Shown here in pieces: positions 26,090 to 37,367 of a stretch of 64,000 nucleotides of DNA. The notes beneath the pieces were generated by a model. The model was not told the DNA's origin and searched no databases. It saw only the letters and a list, made by a program, of their open reading frames with translations. Origin of the DNA: Antedon mediterranea (Eukaryota; Animalia; Echinodermata); NCBI RefSeq assembly GCF_964355755.1, contig NC_092670.1, forward strand, positions 33,282,388 through 33,346,387, read 5' to 3'. Each line of letters starts with the position of its first letter. Position 1 is the first letter of the stretch. Made by a program: the position numbers and the translations under genes.

Positions 26090-27645
26090 TATAATAATAA
26101 CAATAATAATAACAGGATTTTTATAGCGCACATACCACTCAAGAGTGCTCAAGGCGCATAAAAAAAAAATAAAAACAAATAAATGCAATTTCTTTGGAGG
26201 GTCCCCATCCGCTCTTGTTCTGTCGCGGTCCCGGACCCCTACCTAGGTGACCAAACAAAGGAGCAGGATACACATTTGCCTTGCCACAGACGACCGGGTG
26301 CTCAGAGACAACAACCAAGACAGAGGCACCCCAAAGATAATGCTGGTCAGGAAAAATTATACTATACAATTCTAGAACTTTAAGAAACCTTATGATTTCC
26401 ATATGCCTTAATGAATAAATGTGTTTTTAATAATTTTTTAAAAGTATCAACAGTTTTGCAAAATCTGATAGAGCTCGGTAGAGCATTCCATAGACGACGA
26501 GCAGTAACGGTGAAAGCTCTGTCTCCCTATGAGTGGTGAGACTTAGGTTGATGTAGAAGCAGCGTATCACTAGAACGCAGATTCCGTTTGGGAACATACA
26601 GCCTAAGCATGTCAGAAATATATTCAGGAGCCATGCCATTAATAGACTTAAAAACAAAGAGTAATATTTTAAAACAACAGGAAGCCAATGCAAAGTTTCC
26701 AAGGTATTTGATATGTGTGCATATCTTGGTAGTTTTTTAACAACTCGTGCCGCTGTATTTTGAATCAGCTGAAGCCTGTGGAGTTGTTTTTGTGGTAGCC
26801 CATATAGCAATGAGTTTCCCATATCCAGTCGTGAAGTGACAGAAGCATGAACAAGTTGTTTAGCTGCTGCCTCATTAATAAACTTTCGAATCCTTCGGAT
26901 GTTTCGTAAGTGAAAAGACGACGTAGAAATAGTTTTTGAGATAGGAGAAATCATAGTCATACCCGCATCCATTTCAACTCCTAGATTTCTAACCTGCCTA
27001 ACCGGGTCTATTCGGGTTTCACCAATGTAAATAAAACTTGGTGGCAGTTTTTCCAACTGCAGCTTTGATCCAATGAGAATATATTCTGTTTTTTCATCAT
27101 TTAATTTAAGAAAGTTGTTTTTCATCCAGACACGTAATTCATGGATAAAATGTTGGAGCAATTCCAAAGAAATGTCACTATGTGTCATTGTGGGTTTAAA
27201 AGAAATATAAATCTGAGTATCATCTTAGAAACTTAGATAGTACAGATCATATTTACTAATGATATCCCGTATTGGGTGTAAATAAATTGTGAACCATTGC
27301 GGTCCAAGAACAGATCCTTGTGGTACCGAAAAGTTTAAAAAAGATGCTTTTGAGATAGCATCACCAATACACGTGTTGAGGCTTTTTTTTACAAATATGA
27401 CCGACACCAATCAAGTGCTTTTCCTTCAATAGCAATATACGTACTGAGTCTATTTAACAACACGGGATGGTCAACCGTATCAAATGCTGCACTTAAGTCT
27501 AATAATACTAGAGCAGTTAGCTTTCCATCATCCATTGCACGTAGGATATCGTTATTTACATGAAGTAATGCAGTTTCAGTACTATGATGTACTTTGTAGG
27601 CAGATTGATACGGAACAAGTACTACTAAGTATTAAACGTTATACA
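26090..27645 (-). mobile_element. 5'-truncated, frameshifted L2/CR1-group LINE (RT relic)
   Basis: Minus-strand motifs [73 protein letters not shown]; L2-type tail GCGCTATAAAAAT...(ATT)n near 26090-26155. Confidence 0.9.
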
Positions 27646-28545
27646 GGCGAATTAGGTAAACACGATTTTCAAATGTTTTTAATTTTAGGATTTTAGCCTT
27701 TTATTTTCAAGTTCATAGGTCGAACCCAGATGACAACGTTAAATAACATTGTATCAATTCAGTGAAAGTGAAACCGTTTTTGATCGAATACCCAGCATGT
27801 TGACCAAATTATATTTTGCAAATCAATCTGAAATGCCATTTATTTCCAGAAATGTTTTTTTTTTCTGTAAACGACTACATTCAATCACAACATGTAAATT
27901 CACAGAAAATTGTAAAGATACAAATTTATTTAACATAAGCAGCTACTTTCAGTGTTATGGCTAAAAATGGTTGATTACAGGAAAACCAATTTCTGCAACA
28001 GACTTTAAATTCAGTTAACAAATTTCAAACTAGCATTACCGACTTATTTTATTCATCAACAAAATAAATTAAAAGGATAATCAATAATGAATCATAAACA
28101 AAATTAGTACTACGTTGAAATTTAATAAGTTAGAACATGCGATTAATTAGTTTGGAGAATAGTTCATGAGTTGAAATGATGAACTATAACTAGACAAGAC
28201 CAATAGTTTATAAACAGTAGGACTTGCTTTTAATGAATAAACCTCATTCAAATGTGAATTAGAACTATTTTACTATTATATTACTTTTACATCCGTTTTT
28301 CGTGACAAACCTTACGTTGACAAGAAACCATCCTTTAGTATAGGTAGATACGTAATTAACAAATATATATAATATACTCTGTATAAAAAGTTTAGGCATC
28401 TACCGCAAAAAAAAGTGTTTCGGTGTAATAAGAATCATAAGTTCATTGATTTTTCATGTACAGCAGGAACATTTTCTATACTGTATTATTATAAACTAAC
28501 TTCTCTAAGCTTTTTTCACAATATTATATCTTTAGAGACACATTT

Positions 28546-29376
28546 CTAATCTAGGGTCATCCTCATTTTATACAAATCTTTATAGAAAGGATCAGAATCT
28601 TCAATACACTTTCTGACATCTTCTGGGACATCCGTTTTGCTATGATCAGTGGCAACTCGGGTACTAAAACCAGTACTGTTAAACGCATTCTTTGAAGCTT
28701 CGGGGGTAAGTTTCATAAACATTTTGTGTCCTTCAGACATTTCCCATTTAATATCACCGTTCTGTTCCCAATTCATCATATCTGGTTTAAATGGAACACC
28801 AACAGCCTCGCACCATTTCTTCATCATAGCTTCAGGATTGGCTATCAAATCATCTCCATCGATTAATATAATATTTTGCTTGAGTTCGTCCCGAACATAC
28901 TTTACCAGTTCTAGCATCTCATAAAATGGCGATCCAATATTAGATGTAATACATGCTTTGTCATATCCTGCATCTGAAATTCCAAATTGCTTCATGGCCT
29001 TTTCAAATAGTGATTTTTTGGACATGTGAACTTTATGTGGACTTTTAATGAGGAAGGTGTGTGTATAACCTGTCGGTAAACATTCATAGTTCCCGTAAAT
29101 AACTTCCACTCCGTCTTTTGCGAAAACAATTGGAGCGTCGTAGTCGGCTTCAAGCTTCGCCTTAACCTTCTTAAAGGTTAAATCTTCTTCTACTGCTACG
29201 TTCATTTTTCCGGTGATATCAAGGCGTGCCTCTGGTCCAAAAAAAGTGCATGCTACGAACAGTTCACGAAAAGCTTTGACATCATCTCTATTGGAGATAC
29301 ATCGAAGGAATGCAGTTGAACCTGCGCGTGGTACGCACCACAACATTACACGTATTTGTTTTTTCTCAGCAGCCAT
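28546..29376 (-). CDS. Sulfotransferase-like protein, copy 2, 276 aa
   Basis: Paralog of copy 1 (LWCVPRAGSTAF...); acceptor TAG directly before the ATG; putative 5'UTR exon with donor GAG|GTTAAG at ~29884. Confidence 0.85.
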   Translation of the reverse strand: MAAEKKQIRVMLWCVPRAGSTAFLRCISNRDDVKAFRELFVACTFFGPEARLDITGKMNVAVEEDLTFKKVKAKLEADYDAPIVFAKDGVEVIYGNYECLPTGYTHTFLIKSPHKVHMSKKSLFEKAMKQFGISDAGYDKACITSNIGSPFYEMLELVKYVRDELKQNIILIDGDDLIANPEAMMKKWCEAVGVPFKPDMMNWEQNGDIKWEMSEGHKMFMKLTPEASKNAFNSTGFSTRVATDHSKTDVPEDVRKCIEDSDPFYKDLYKMRMTLD

Positions 29377-29424
29377 CTAAGATAAAGAAACCTTGTGTTT
29401 AGTTATATAAAAATAATGTATATA

Positions 29425-29427
<3 letters not shown>

Positions 29428-29484
<57 letters not shown>
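29428..29484. repeat. (TA)n microsatellite in the 5'UTR intron of copy 2
   Basis: About 28 uninterrupted TA units. Confidence 0.95.
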
Positions 29485-29486
<2 letters not shown>

Positions 29487-30819
29487 TTGTAAGATGAGAT
29501 ACCAACTCATCTGTTTACAATCGTTATCATCCCCAAACGTTGACGACAAGCATACAAGATGCTGTATATATATATATATAGTGTACTAATTTTTTAAGTG
29601 TATCTACAGAAGTAGAACAGTGGTGCCTGAATTTGTAAAGGGTGAATCATCGACAGTGACCATGAACAATCGCCAATACAAGTCTTTAACATACATTATG
29701 GTAGGCTACAAATTGAGAATGACCTAGTAGGGTCAGCCTGTCTCGAAGGAGAATTACTGTGGCCATCATCCAGTCTACCTAATAGAAATCGTTTCAGACA
29801 TTCTGGACCCACCACTACTTATCAGTTTATACGTGGATAAATAAAAATAGTCATATCATATCAATACTGAATTGTATTACTAACCTCAAGTGCTAATAAA
29901 ATATCTTGGGCAGGTTACTCTGACGTACGGCAAGCAGACAATCAGTGTAATTGAATGTAAAATAACAGAGCTTATATACGGAAAACTTAGCGAAGTTAAT
30001 TATTGTTATTCAATACTGTGTAATAATATATTCGATATTATTACCCTTGACCAGCAAATATTTCACCGCAATGCATCATGTTACCCGGTAACTTGGAAAT
30101 TCAATAGTACGGTTTAACTTAACATTAACTCTTCGGTGCTGCGGCTGCTGCGATTACTGTACCTGTGTAACGACAATATACTAATACAGGTCGAATAAGC
30201 GAATAATTCAGTTTACTGATGACTTTATATAACGGGACCAATAGTTTATAAAGACATTATGAATAACAAGTTTTGCTCATTCAAACGTGCATTAGAACAA
30301 TTAATTATCACCATTAGATATCACTTTTCCATTAGGTAGAACTAATACCGAACGGAACATATCAAATTGCAAGTATACACTCAGTCATGCTATAAATCTA
30401 AATAATATACTATGATACAAAAGTAAACCAGCCAAATGACAGAGGATTAAATGGGCGTTATTATGTTAAGACTACAAAAGGCTGATGCGAAAGGATACAA
30501 TATAGAAAACGATCTGTTTTCTTAAAAGTACTATGTATGAAAAGCTTAGGACCCTACCGTACCTAAAAATGTATCGGCCGTGTAACCAAAATATGTTCAT
30601 TGATGACTTTGCATTGTTGTATTTCCCCAAATATGACAAGGTGCCTTACCCAACTTATTGAAAGGGTTCAATGAGACAATTTTATAGTTCATATAAATTA
30701 GCTTTAGAATGTACCTTTGCTTAATTCAGACGTGATAATCTTGAACTGACATTTGGAACATACAAGACCACCAACGCCCCCCCCCCCCCCGCCCAATATT
30801 CTTCAAGTCTGACTTTTTC

Positions 30820-31037
30820 CTGTTGTACAGCAGGACAATTTTCTAAACTGCATTATTATAAACTAAACTAAATGTTTTCACAGTATTATATCTTTAGAGA
30901 CACATTTCTAATCTAGTGTCATCCTCATTTTATACAATTCTTTATAATAAGGTTCAGAATCTTCAATACACTTTCTGACATCTTCATCTTCTGGTACATC
31001 TGGTTTACAACAGTAAATGGAACACACAACAGCCTCG
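30820..31037 (-). pseudogene. 3' relic of a fourth sulfotransferase-like copy (C-terminus plus 3'UTR, internally deleted)
   Basis: Minus strand encodes ...EDVRKCIEDSEPYYKELYKMRMTLD* followed by a 3'UTR matching copies 1 and 2; preceded by an EAV-VPF remnant. Confidence 0.85.
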
Positions 31038-33080
31038 TTCGATAAATCTCGCGTTACTCAAATTTTCTCGATGAAAATAAATAAACAATTGTAAGCTAAT
31101 TTGATCAAATTATACTCTAGTGCTTATATATGAATGTATTCATGGGCATAATATAGAATAACTACTTTTCTTTGATATGATATTTAATTTTAGAAATGCA
31201 ATTCTTAAATGTGATGATTTAGTAGTACTAATGATTATTATTTTACTGTTTTTCAATATAGTTTTCGCTTAATACAGTGGCTTAAATTTCTTGCTTTATT
31301 GTATTATGTTAATATTTACCACTAACATAGCTTTTATTTTTAGTTAAATATGCAAACTGTGCTAGCCTGTGGATTTTAAATAAAAAAGAAATACACTATG
31401 AACAGTAACTGCACACATTTACTTCGAGTGTATGCCTAATATCGTCGCCACCTAGACCACCTATATTTAGCCAGATGTAATCACATGGATTCATGTGCTA
31501 TTTTTTTATGAATCACTGATTTTGACTAAACGGGTGAATGTTCGACCTTGATTACTAGAGGTTGCCTACTGGTACTCAAAAGTATAATGGAATTAATTTA
31601 TATCATTCTAAACCTCGTATTACTGTAATTATAGTGTCACTTAGCGTAACATAATACCGATGCTACCATTGGATATTATAATCATCAGTGGCGAAAGAGT
31701 TGCTGGTCGTTGCAGATTCAATTCAAGAACGTATCTAATCACGTGGATATTTACTTAATATAGGCCTATAAATTAAATAAAGCACTATATTTCAATCAAA
31801 CTGTACTTGACATTCGTTAGAGTAACCTGTAACCTGTCCAAGATAATTCGTTGAAAAATAAGGTTAGTGTTTTATAGGCCCACTTAAGCATTTTTTGGTG
31901 CAATTACAATTTGACCGAGTTCCATTGCAGTTATTCACAGTATAAAATGTGCATGTTACAGCCTAGGTTTCTACAGTTCAGATTTTGTAAGCTTTTATTC
32001 TAATTTGATTCCATTTATATTGTTCCCCTGAAAATATGACATGTTACTGTTTTTTTAAAAAAGGATTTACTTGAAGAAAAAAAATCAAGTTAGTCAAATT
32101 GACTGCCAGCCAAAAGGTTCTATTTCTGGTTTTTTTTTCTACGGAAGTGATTAACTTGATTAAAACTACAAAATGGCCTATCAACGTCTGATTTAATTTT
32201 ATTATCTTCCTTTTTCATGTTTTTTGAAAAATCTGAAACATCTTTAAAGAATTTCTTGATCTGGGACGTACACCTACAGTATAAGACTGTCGAGCCACGG
32301 GGAGGTGCGCATCTTAGGGTGGCGGAATTAATTTTAGTGTTGCAACCTTTCACTAAAAATCTCAGTACCTACAGATACTATTACCATTATAAATGATTGT
32401 TTAAACAATTAATAACTGATTCTTCTGGCCATGTAAATATATAACTTTAGAAATTAAATAGGAAAACTTTGAGGGTATGAACCTGTGTGGGCTACTTGCC
32501 CGGAAATTGCACTCTTACACTAACATTCTTAGAACTGCTACTAAATTTTAAAAGGTTAAAATAAAGGATGTAAAATAACTGATTTACTGGCCACCAAACT
32601 TGAGGTGATGAACCTGTAGGCCTACTTTCCCTTTCACTTAAAATGAATGTGTATAAAGTCAAAATGTTCAAAATAATAACTAAACTGAAATAAAAAAATG
32701 AAATTCTTCGCTCCACTTCTTTGGGATTGAGGTTGGAAAATTTGAGAATATAAATCTGTAATTTCCCATTGATCATCCCTACTATAATATTACTTTTAGT
32801 GTATGTGTGCAATATTATTTAGATAGTAAAAAATAACAACTAAACAAGCCAATGTAGCCTAAATTTCAAAACAAAACCAGAAGCGTGGCTGCATTTGTTT
32901 TCTTTTTCCGAATTGGAACTCTTTGCCCTTATATTAAGGGAAAGTTTTAAACCGTGGTATCCATGTTGTGAAAAACTAAACGCAGCAGTGTTATTTAACA
33001 CAAACATTAGGCCCAAACTGTTTTATATCAAACAGGTTGTTTATTAAGTTGACTTGAACTTGTTGATTTTCTTAAATTAG

Positions 33081-33908
33081 ATGGCTACTGAGCAAAAGCA
33101 AACACGTGTAATGTTGTGGTGCGTACCACGCGCAGGTTCAACGGCGTTCCTTCGATGTATCTCCAATAGAGATGATGTCAAAGCTTTTCGTGAACTGTTC
33201 GTGGCATGCAATTTTATTGGACCAGAAGCACGCACTGATATCGCCAAGAAGATGAACGTACCAATCGAAGAAGATTTTACCTTTAAGAAGATTAAGGCGA
33301 AGCTTGAAGCCGACTACGACGCTCCAATTGTTTTTGCGAAAGACGCATCTAACGTCATCTACGGGAACTTTGAGTATTTACCGAAAGGTTATATACATAC
33401 CTTCCTCATCAAAAGTCCACATAAAGTTCACATTTCTAAACACTTATTATTTGAAAATGCCAAGAAGCACGCTGGAACTTCATTCCAGCAATTTGCATCT
33501 ACAACAGCAAATAGTGTTAGATCGCCATTTTATGCCATGCTTGAACTGGTAAAGTATGTTCGAGACGAACTTAAACAAGAGGTTATACTCATCGATGGAG
33601 ATGATCTACTAGCCAATCCTGAAGCTATGATGAAGAAATGGTGCGAAGCTGTTGGTGTTCCATTTAAACCAGATATGATGAATTGGGAAAAGAACGGTGA
33701 GGTTAAATGGGAAATGTCTGAAGGACACAAAATGTTTATGGAACTTTCCCCCGAAGCTTCAAAGAATGCATTTAACAGTACAGGTTTTAGTTCCGGAATT
33801 GCCACTGATCACAGTAAAGCGCATGTCCCAGAACATGTTAAGAAGTCTATTGAAGACTCTGAACCTTATTATAAGGAGTTGTATAATATGAGGATGACTC
33901 TCGATTAA
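33081..33908 (+). CDS. Sulfotransferase-like protein, copy 3, 275 aa
   Basis: Paralog of copies 1 and 2; acceptor TAG directly before the ATG; putative 5'UTR exon donor AAG|GTTAGT at ~31863. Confidence 0.85.
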   Translation: MATEQKQTRVMLWCVPRAGSTAFLRCISNRDDVKAFRELFVACNFIGPEARTDIAKKMNVPIEEDFTFKKIKAKLEADYDAPIVFAKDASNVIYGNFEYLPKGYIHTFLIKSPHKVHISKHLLFENAKKHAGTSFQQFASTTANSVRSPFYAMLELVKYVRDELKQEVILIDGDDLLANPEAMMKKWCEAVGVPFKPDMMNWEKNGEVKWEMSEGHKMFMELSPEASKNAFNSTGFSSGIATDHSKAHVPEHVKKSIEDSEPYYKELYNMRMTLD

Positions 33909-34799
33909 AAATATAATCTTTAAAAAGATATACTTTGAAAACAAGATCATTTTGTTTTAGATTTCTGTGTGAAAATTATTTAGTAACGCGCATAAGGGCA
34001 TCTTTTACATTTGATTGATATATTTTGTATCATGTGCCATGCATTAGTTAGCTATTGATTGAAATCACTATTTGCAGTTTAACCGCTCTACTCCACTATT
34101 GAAAGTCAAATAGTCCATGTCCAATTCAAGATGACGGCAGTAGATTAATTTAGTTTACTCTAGAACAGTGGTGTGCTATAAAACAATGTTTTGTTTTTTT
34201 TTAACCGGGGGAGAATATTTCATTCGTTGAAACCTTACCTACTGAACTTGGATTCGCCTTGTTGAAAGAGTCTGAATAATATAATGTTGTCCCATTCAAC
34301 TCAAGATTCATCATTTGTTTATTAAATTGATTAAAAACGTATGCTAACTTCGAAGTGTTAAATATTGTTGAATTTTGATTCATGATTGTTAATTGTTTTT
34401 TTATAAAATGAATGAATATTCATCATGAATAAAATATTACCGTATTATCAGTATTCTGTACTACATTTAAAAGTTTGTTTGTAGAAGAATTCGGTTTCTA
34501 GTATTGAATGATTTCCTTTAGAATCTAGGACTAACATGCCAGAAACCATTATGTTTTTATTCAATCAACCACTTGAATGAGCTGCTGACGTAAGTGTGTA
34601 CCTTTCCAATTTGTGATGTGATCGAATGTTTATTTACCGAAAATGAAATTTGCGGACATTTCATTCAAACTATTGACGAATAGGAGTTGTCACGGCGGTA
34701 CGGTCTCACGGACTGTAATTTCGCAACCACGTATTACGAGACAAAATAGAAAGATTAAACGAAAACTTACTAAACTTTGATCCCTATGTTTTATGAATG

Positions 34800-34975
34800 G
34801 CGGTAGATATCGGCATGGATTCGAGGCCGACTCGTTTCTAGTTCTGGTGGTGGAACAAGTCTTCTTGGATAAGGACTATAAACCGTAGGTCCAGTGTATA
34901 CAGTCATAATCCGGCGCACTTTAAAGAACTCTGTTCATCTTCAGAGACGAGTATATGGGGTCATTCCGGTGAACA
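34800..34975 (+). mobile_element. Degenerate copy of the Deu-like SINE
   Basis: GTTCTGGTGGTGGAACAAGTCTTCTTGGATAAGGACTATAAACCGTAGGTCCAGTGTA...GCACTTTAAAGAAC matches 5617-5705. Confidence 0.8.
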
Positions 34976-35669
34976 AGTTCACAAAATAGCACCTATATGA
35001 CGGGGAGTACCACCGGCAGACAGTGATTAATTTACTTTTGGTAATCCTTGGCCACATGTGCATATAGACATAAAATAAAAGATACACATACTCGCTGCCG
35101 CTACAATTACTTCGTGAAATAGGGAAGTTCTCGTTTAATCTTTCTATTTGATTAGAAGAACAATGTTATACAAACTGTTATTAACGTAAATGCATTAGGC
35201 TTACAGTGTAACTGGGACTAGCCCACGAAAGACAAAACAAAAAAGGAAAACCATAATTTAAATAGCTTAATTTATTTAAAAATGTGAATTTAACATGATT
35301 GTCAAGAGTCAATATATGTTTAAATGTGAAAGTGTGCCACCCGATAACATTATATCTATGTAAAACACATTAGATATTGAGATACTACAAAGTAAAACAT
35401 CCGAAGTCTGTCTAAATCATGTTGACCAGATTATATTTTGACGTCAATCTAAAAATTCTTAACAGAATTTTAAAAAGATGTATTCGCATTGGAATGTGTA
35501 GTGTGCAAACAAAAAAACTAACTTGCTTGGGATAACATTAATTTACACCGATATCTACACATTTATTTTTCATTAGTACATAATACAGTATTTGTCCAAA
35601 ATCTATATTTACAATTATTCATCTATAAATGTCAATCTTGGTACATCGTACCATAATTATATCCATATT

Positions 35670-36335
35670 GGAATAGTGAGATTGCAACCTAATTTTCCCA
35701 TAGGGAGTGAGATCTTTTTTGAACTGGGAAGTGAGATTGCAACCTCGCTCTTCTGTGGGAAGATTGAAAAAGAACCCAGATTGAGATCTTCCCTGAAGTT
35801 GACAGTGAGAGTATAACCGTACTATTCTATGGGGAATGAGATCTGTCATTGAACAGGACAGTGAGATTACAACCTCACTTTTCCATGGGGAGTGAGATCT
35901 TTCCTTGAACTGGACAGTGAGATTACAACTTCACTCTTCCATGAAGCGGGTGAGATATTTCCTGAACTGGACAATGAGATTACCTCACTCTTCCGTAGGG
36001 AGTGAGTGGGATCTTTCCTTAAACTGGACAGTGAGATTACCTCACTCTTCCATAGGGAGTGGGATATTTTCTTGAACTGGACAGTGAGATTACAACTTCA
36101 ATCTTCCATGAAGCGAGTGAGATATTTCCTGAACTGGACAGTGAGATTACCTCACTCTTCCATGGGGAGTGGGATCTTTCTTTGAACTGGACATTGAGAT
36201 TACTGTACAACTTCAATCTTCCAAGAAGCAGGTGCGATCTTTTCTGAACTTGACAGTGAGACTGTTTCCCTTAAATGAAGAGAGATTATAATCATCTCAC
36301 TCTTTCCTGAACTGGAGAGTGAGATTACAACCTCT
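35670..36335. repeat. Degenerate minisatellite, ~52-56 bp unit, ~12 copies
   Basis: Recurrent GAACTGGACAGTGAGATTAC(AA)CTCACTCTTCCATGGGGAGTGAGATCTTTCC. Confidence 0.9.
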
Positions 36336-37367
36336 TCTATTGGCCTTTCTTCAAGCTTTGCCGCATAATCGATGATTCAATCATAGACCAGTTCCAGTAA
36401 GTGTAGACAACTAAACAATATTGATTATATTCTATTAAATCAGTGCTATTAAACTAATGGTGAAGTGTTTTCTTGTATTTTATTTATTATTATTTAAATC
36501 ATTTATTATCCCTTAACCTTTTTCTGATCTTGGATCCCAGATTTGGGTTCTGAAAAATAGACTAGTAACTAGGTACATTTCGTAGACTATCACCAGTTTT
36601 TGAGCGTAATGTCTAATCCTGCTGAAAACCCAATCTATATCCTCATTAAAAATTGATACATTTTATAAGCCTAACTGTTTACAAGCCTGCATAATACACA
36701 TTCACAAATGATAAAACCAATATTAAAAATAGTAATTTAGAATTTAAAATTATCAAGGTTATACAATTATTGCAGAAATGTAGTTTTTTATCTAAAATTA
36801 ATATTATATACAATGCATTTTTAAAATATAGTTTTTATCTGTAGTAAATTCACACACAAAATATTCACACTCTATATCACACATTGTCCAATTTACACTG
36901 AAAGACAACTTTAATCTATATTGCTAAAAAAGAATTGAGGAAATAATCATTATTGTTATTACTTTAGGTGTGTTATATAACAAATAATGAAGGTTTTATG
37001 TTCGTGCAATGGAACAAACAATTTCATTCAGTGAAAGATGCAAATTTGTTCTATTTTCAATTGGCTTAGGTTTTGAAAAATATAGCCTTTCATCTTCCAC
37101 ATACCATTGCACTTATAAACATTCATTATTTGTATATTAATGTAATCTATCTTCCTAAAAGGAATGCAAGCATCCAGTTTTAAATATCAAAACAATAGGT
37201 ATGTATACTAAAGAATTCAATCAACTCTTAAAACAACTTCTATAGCAAGAGACTTAACCCCAACCATTCAGTAATGTTATAAGAGTATACACCCAAAGCT
37301 GGTTTCTAAACTAAATTAAAATACAAGATTAACTATTTAAAGTACACAAGAGAAAGAGCACAACACA

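Noticed and set aside
35670-36335. Repeat array as CRISPR or a coding repeat
   Set aside because: The inter-motif sequences are homologous to each other, unit lengths break frame, and ORFs are short; it is a degenerate minisatellite.
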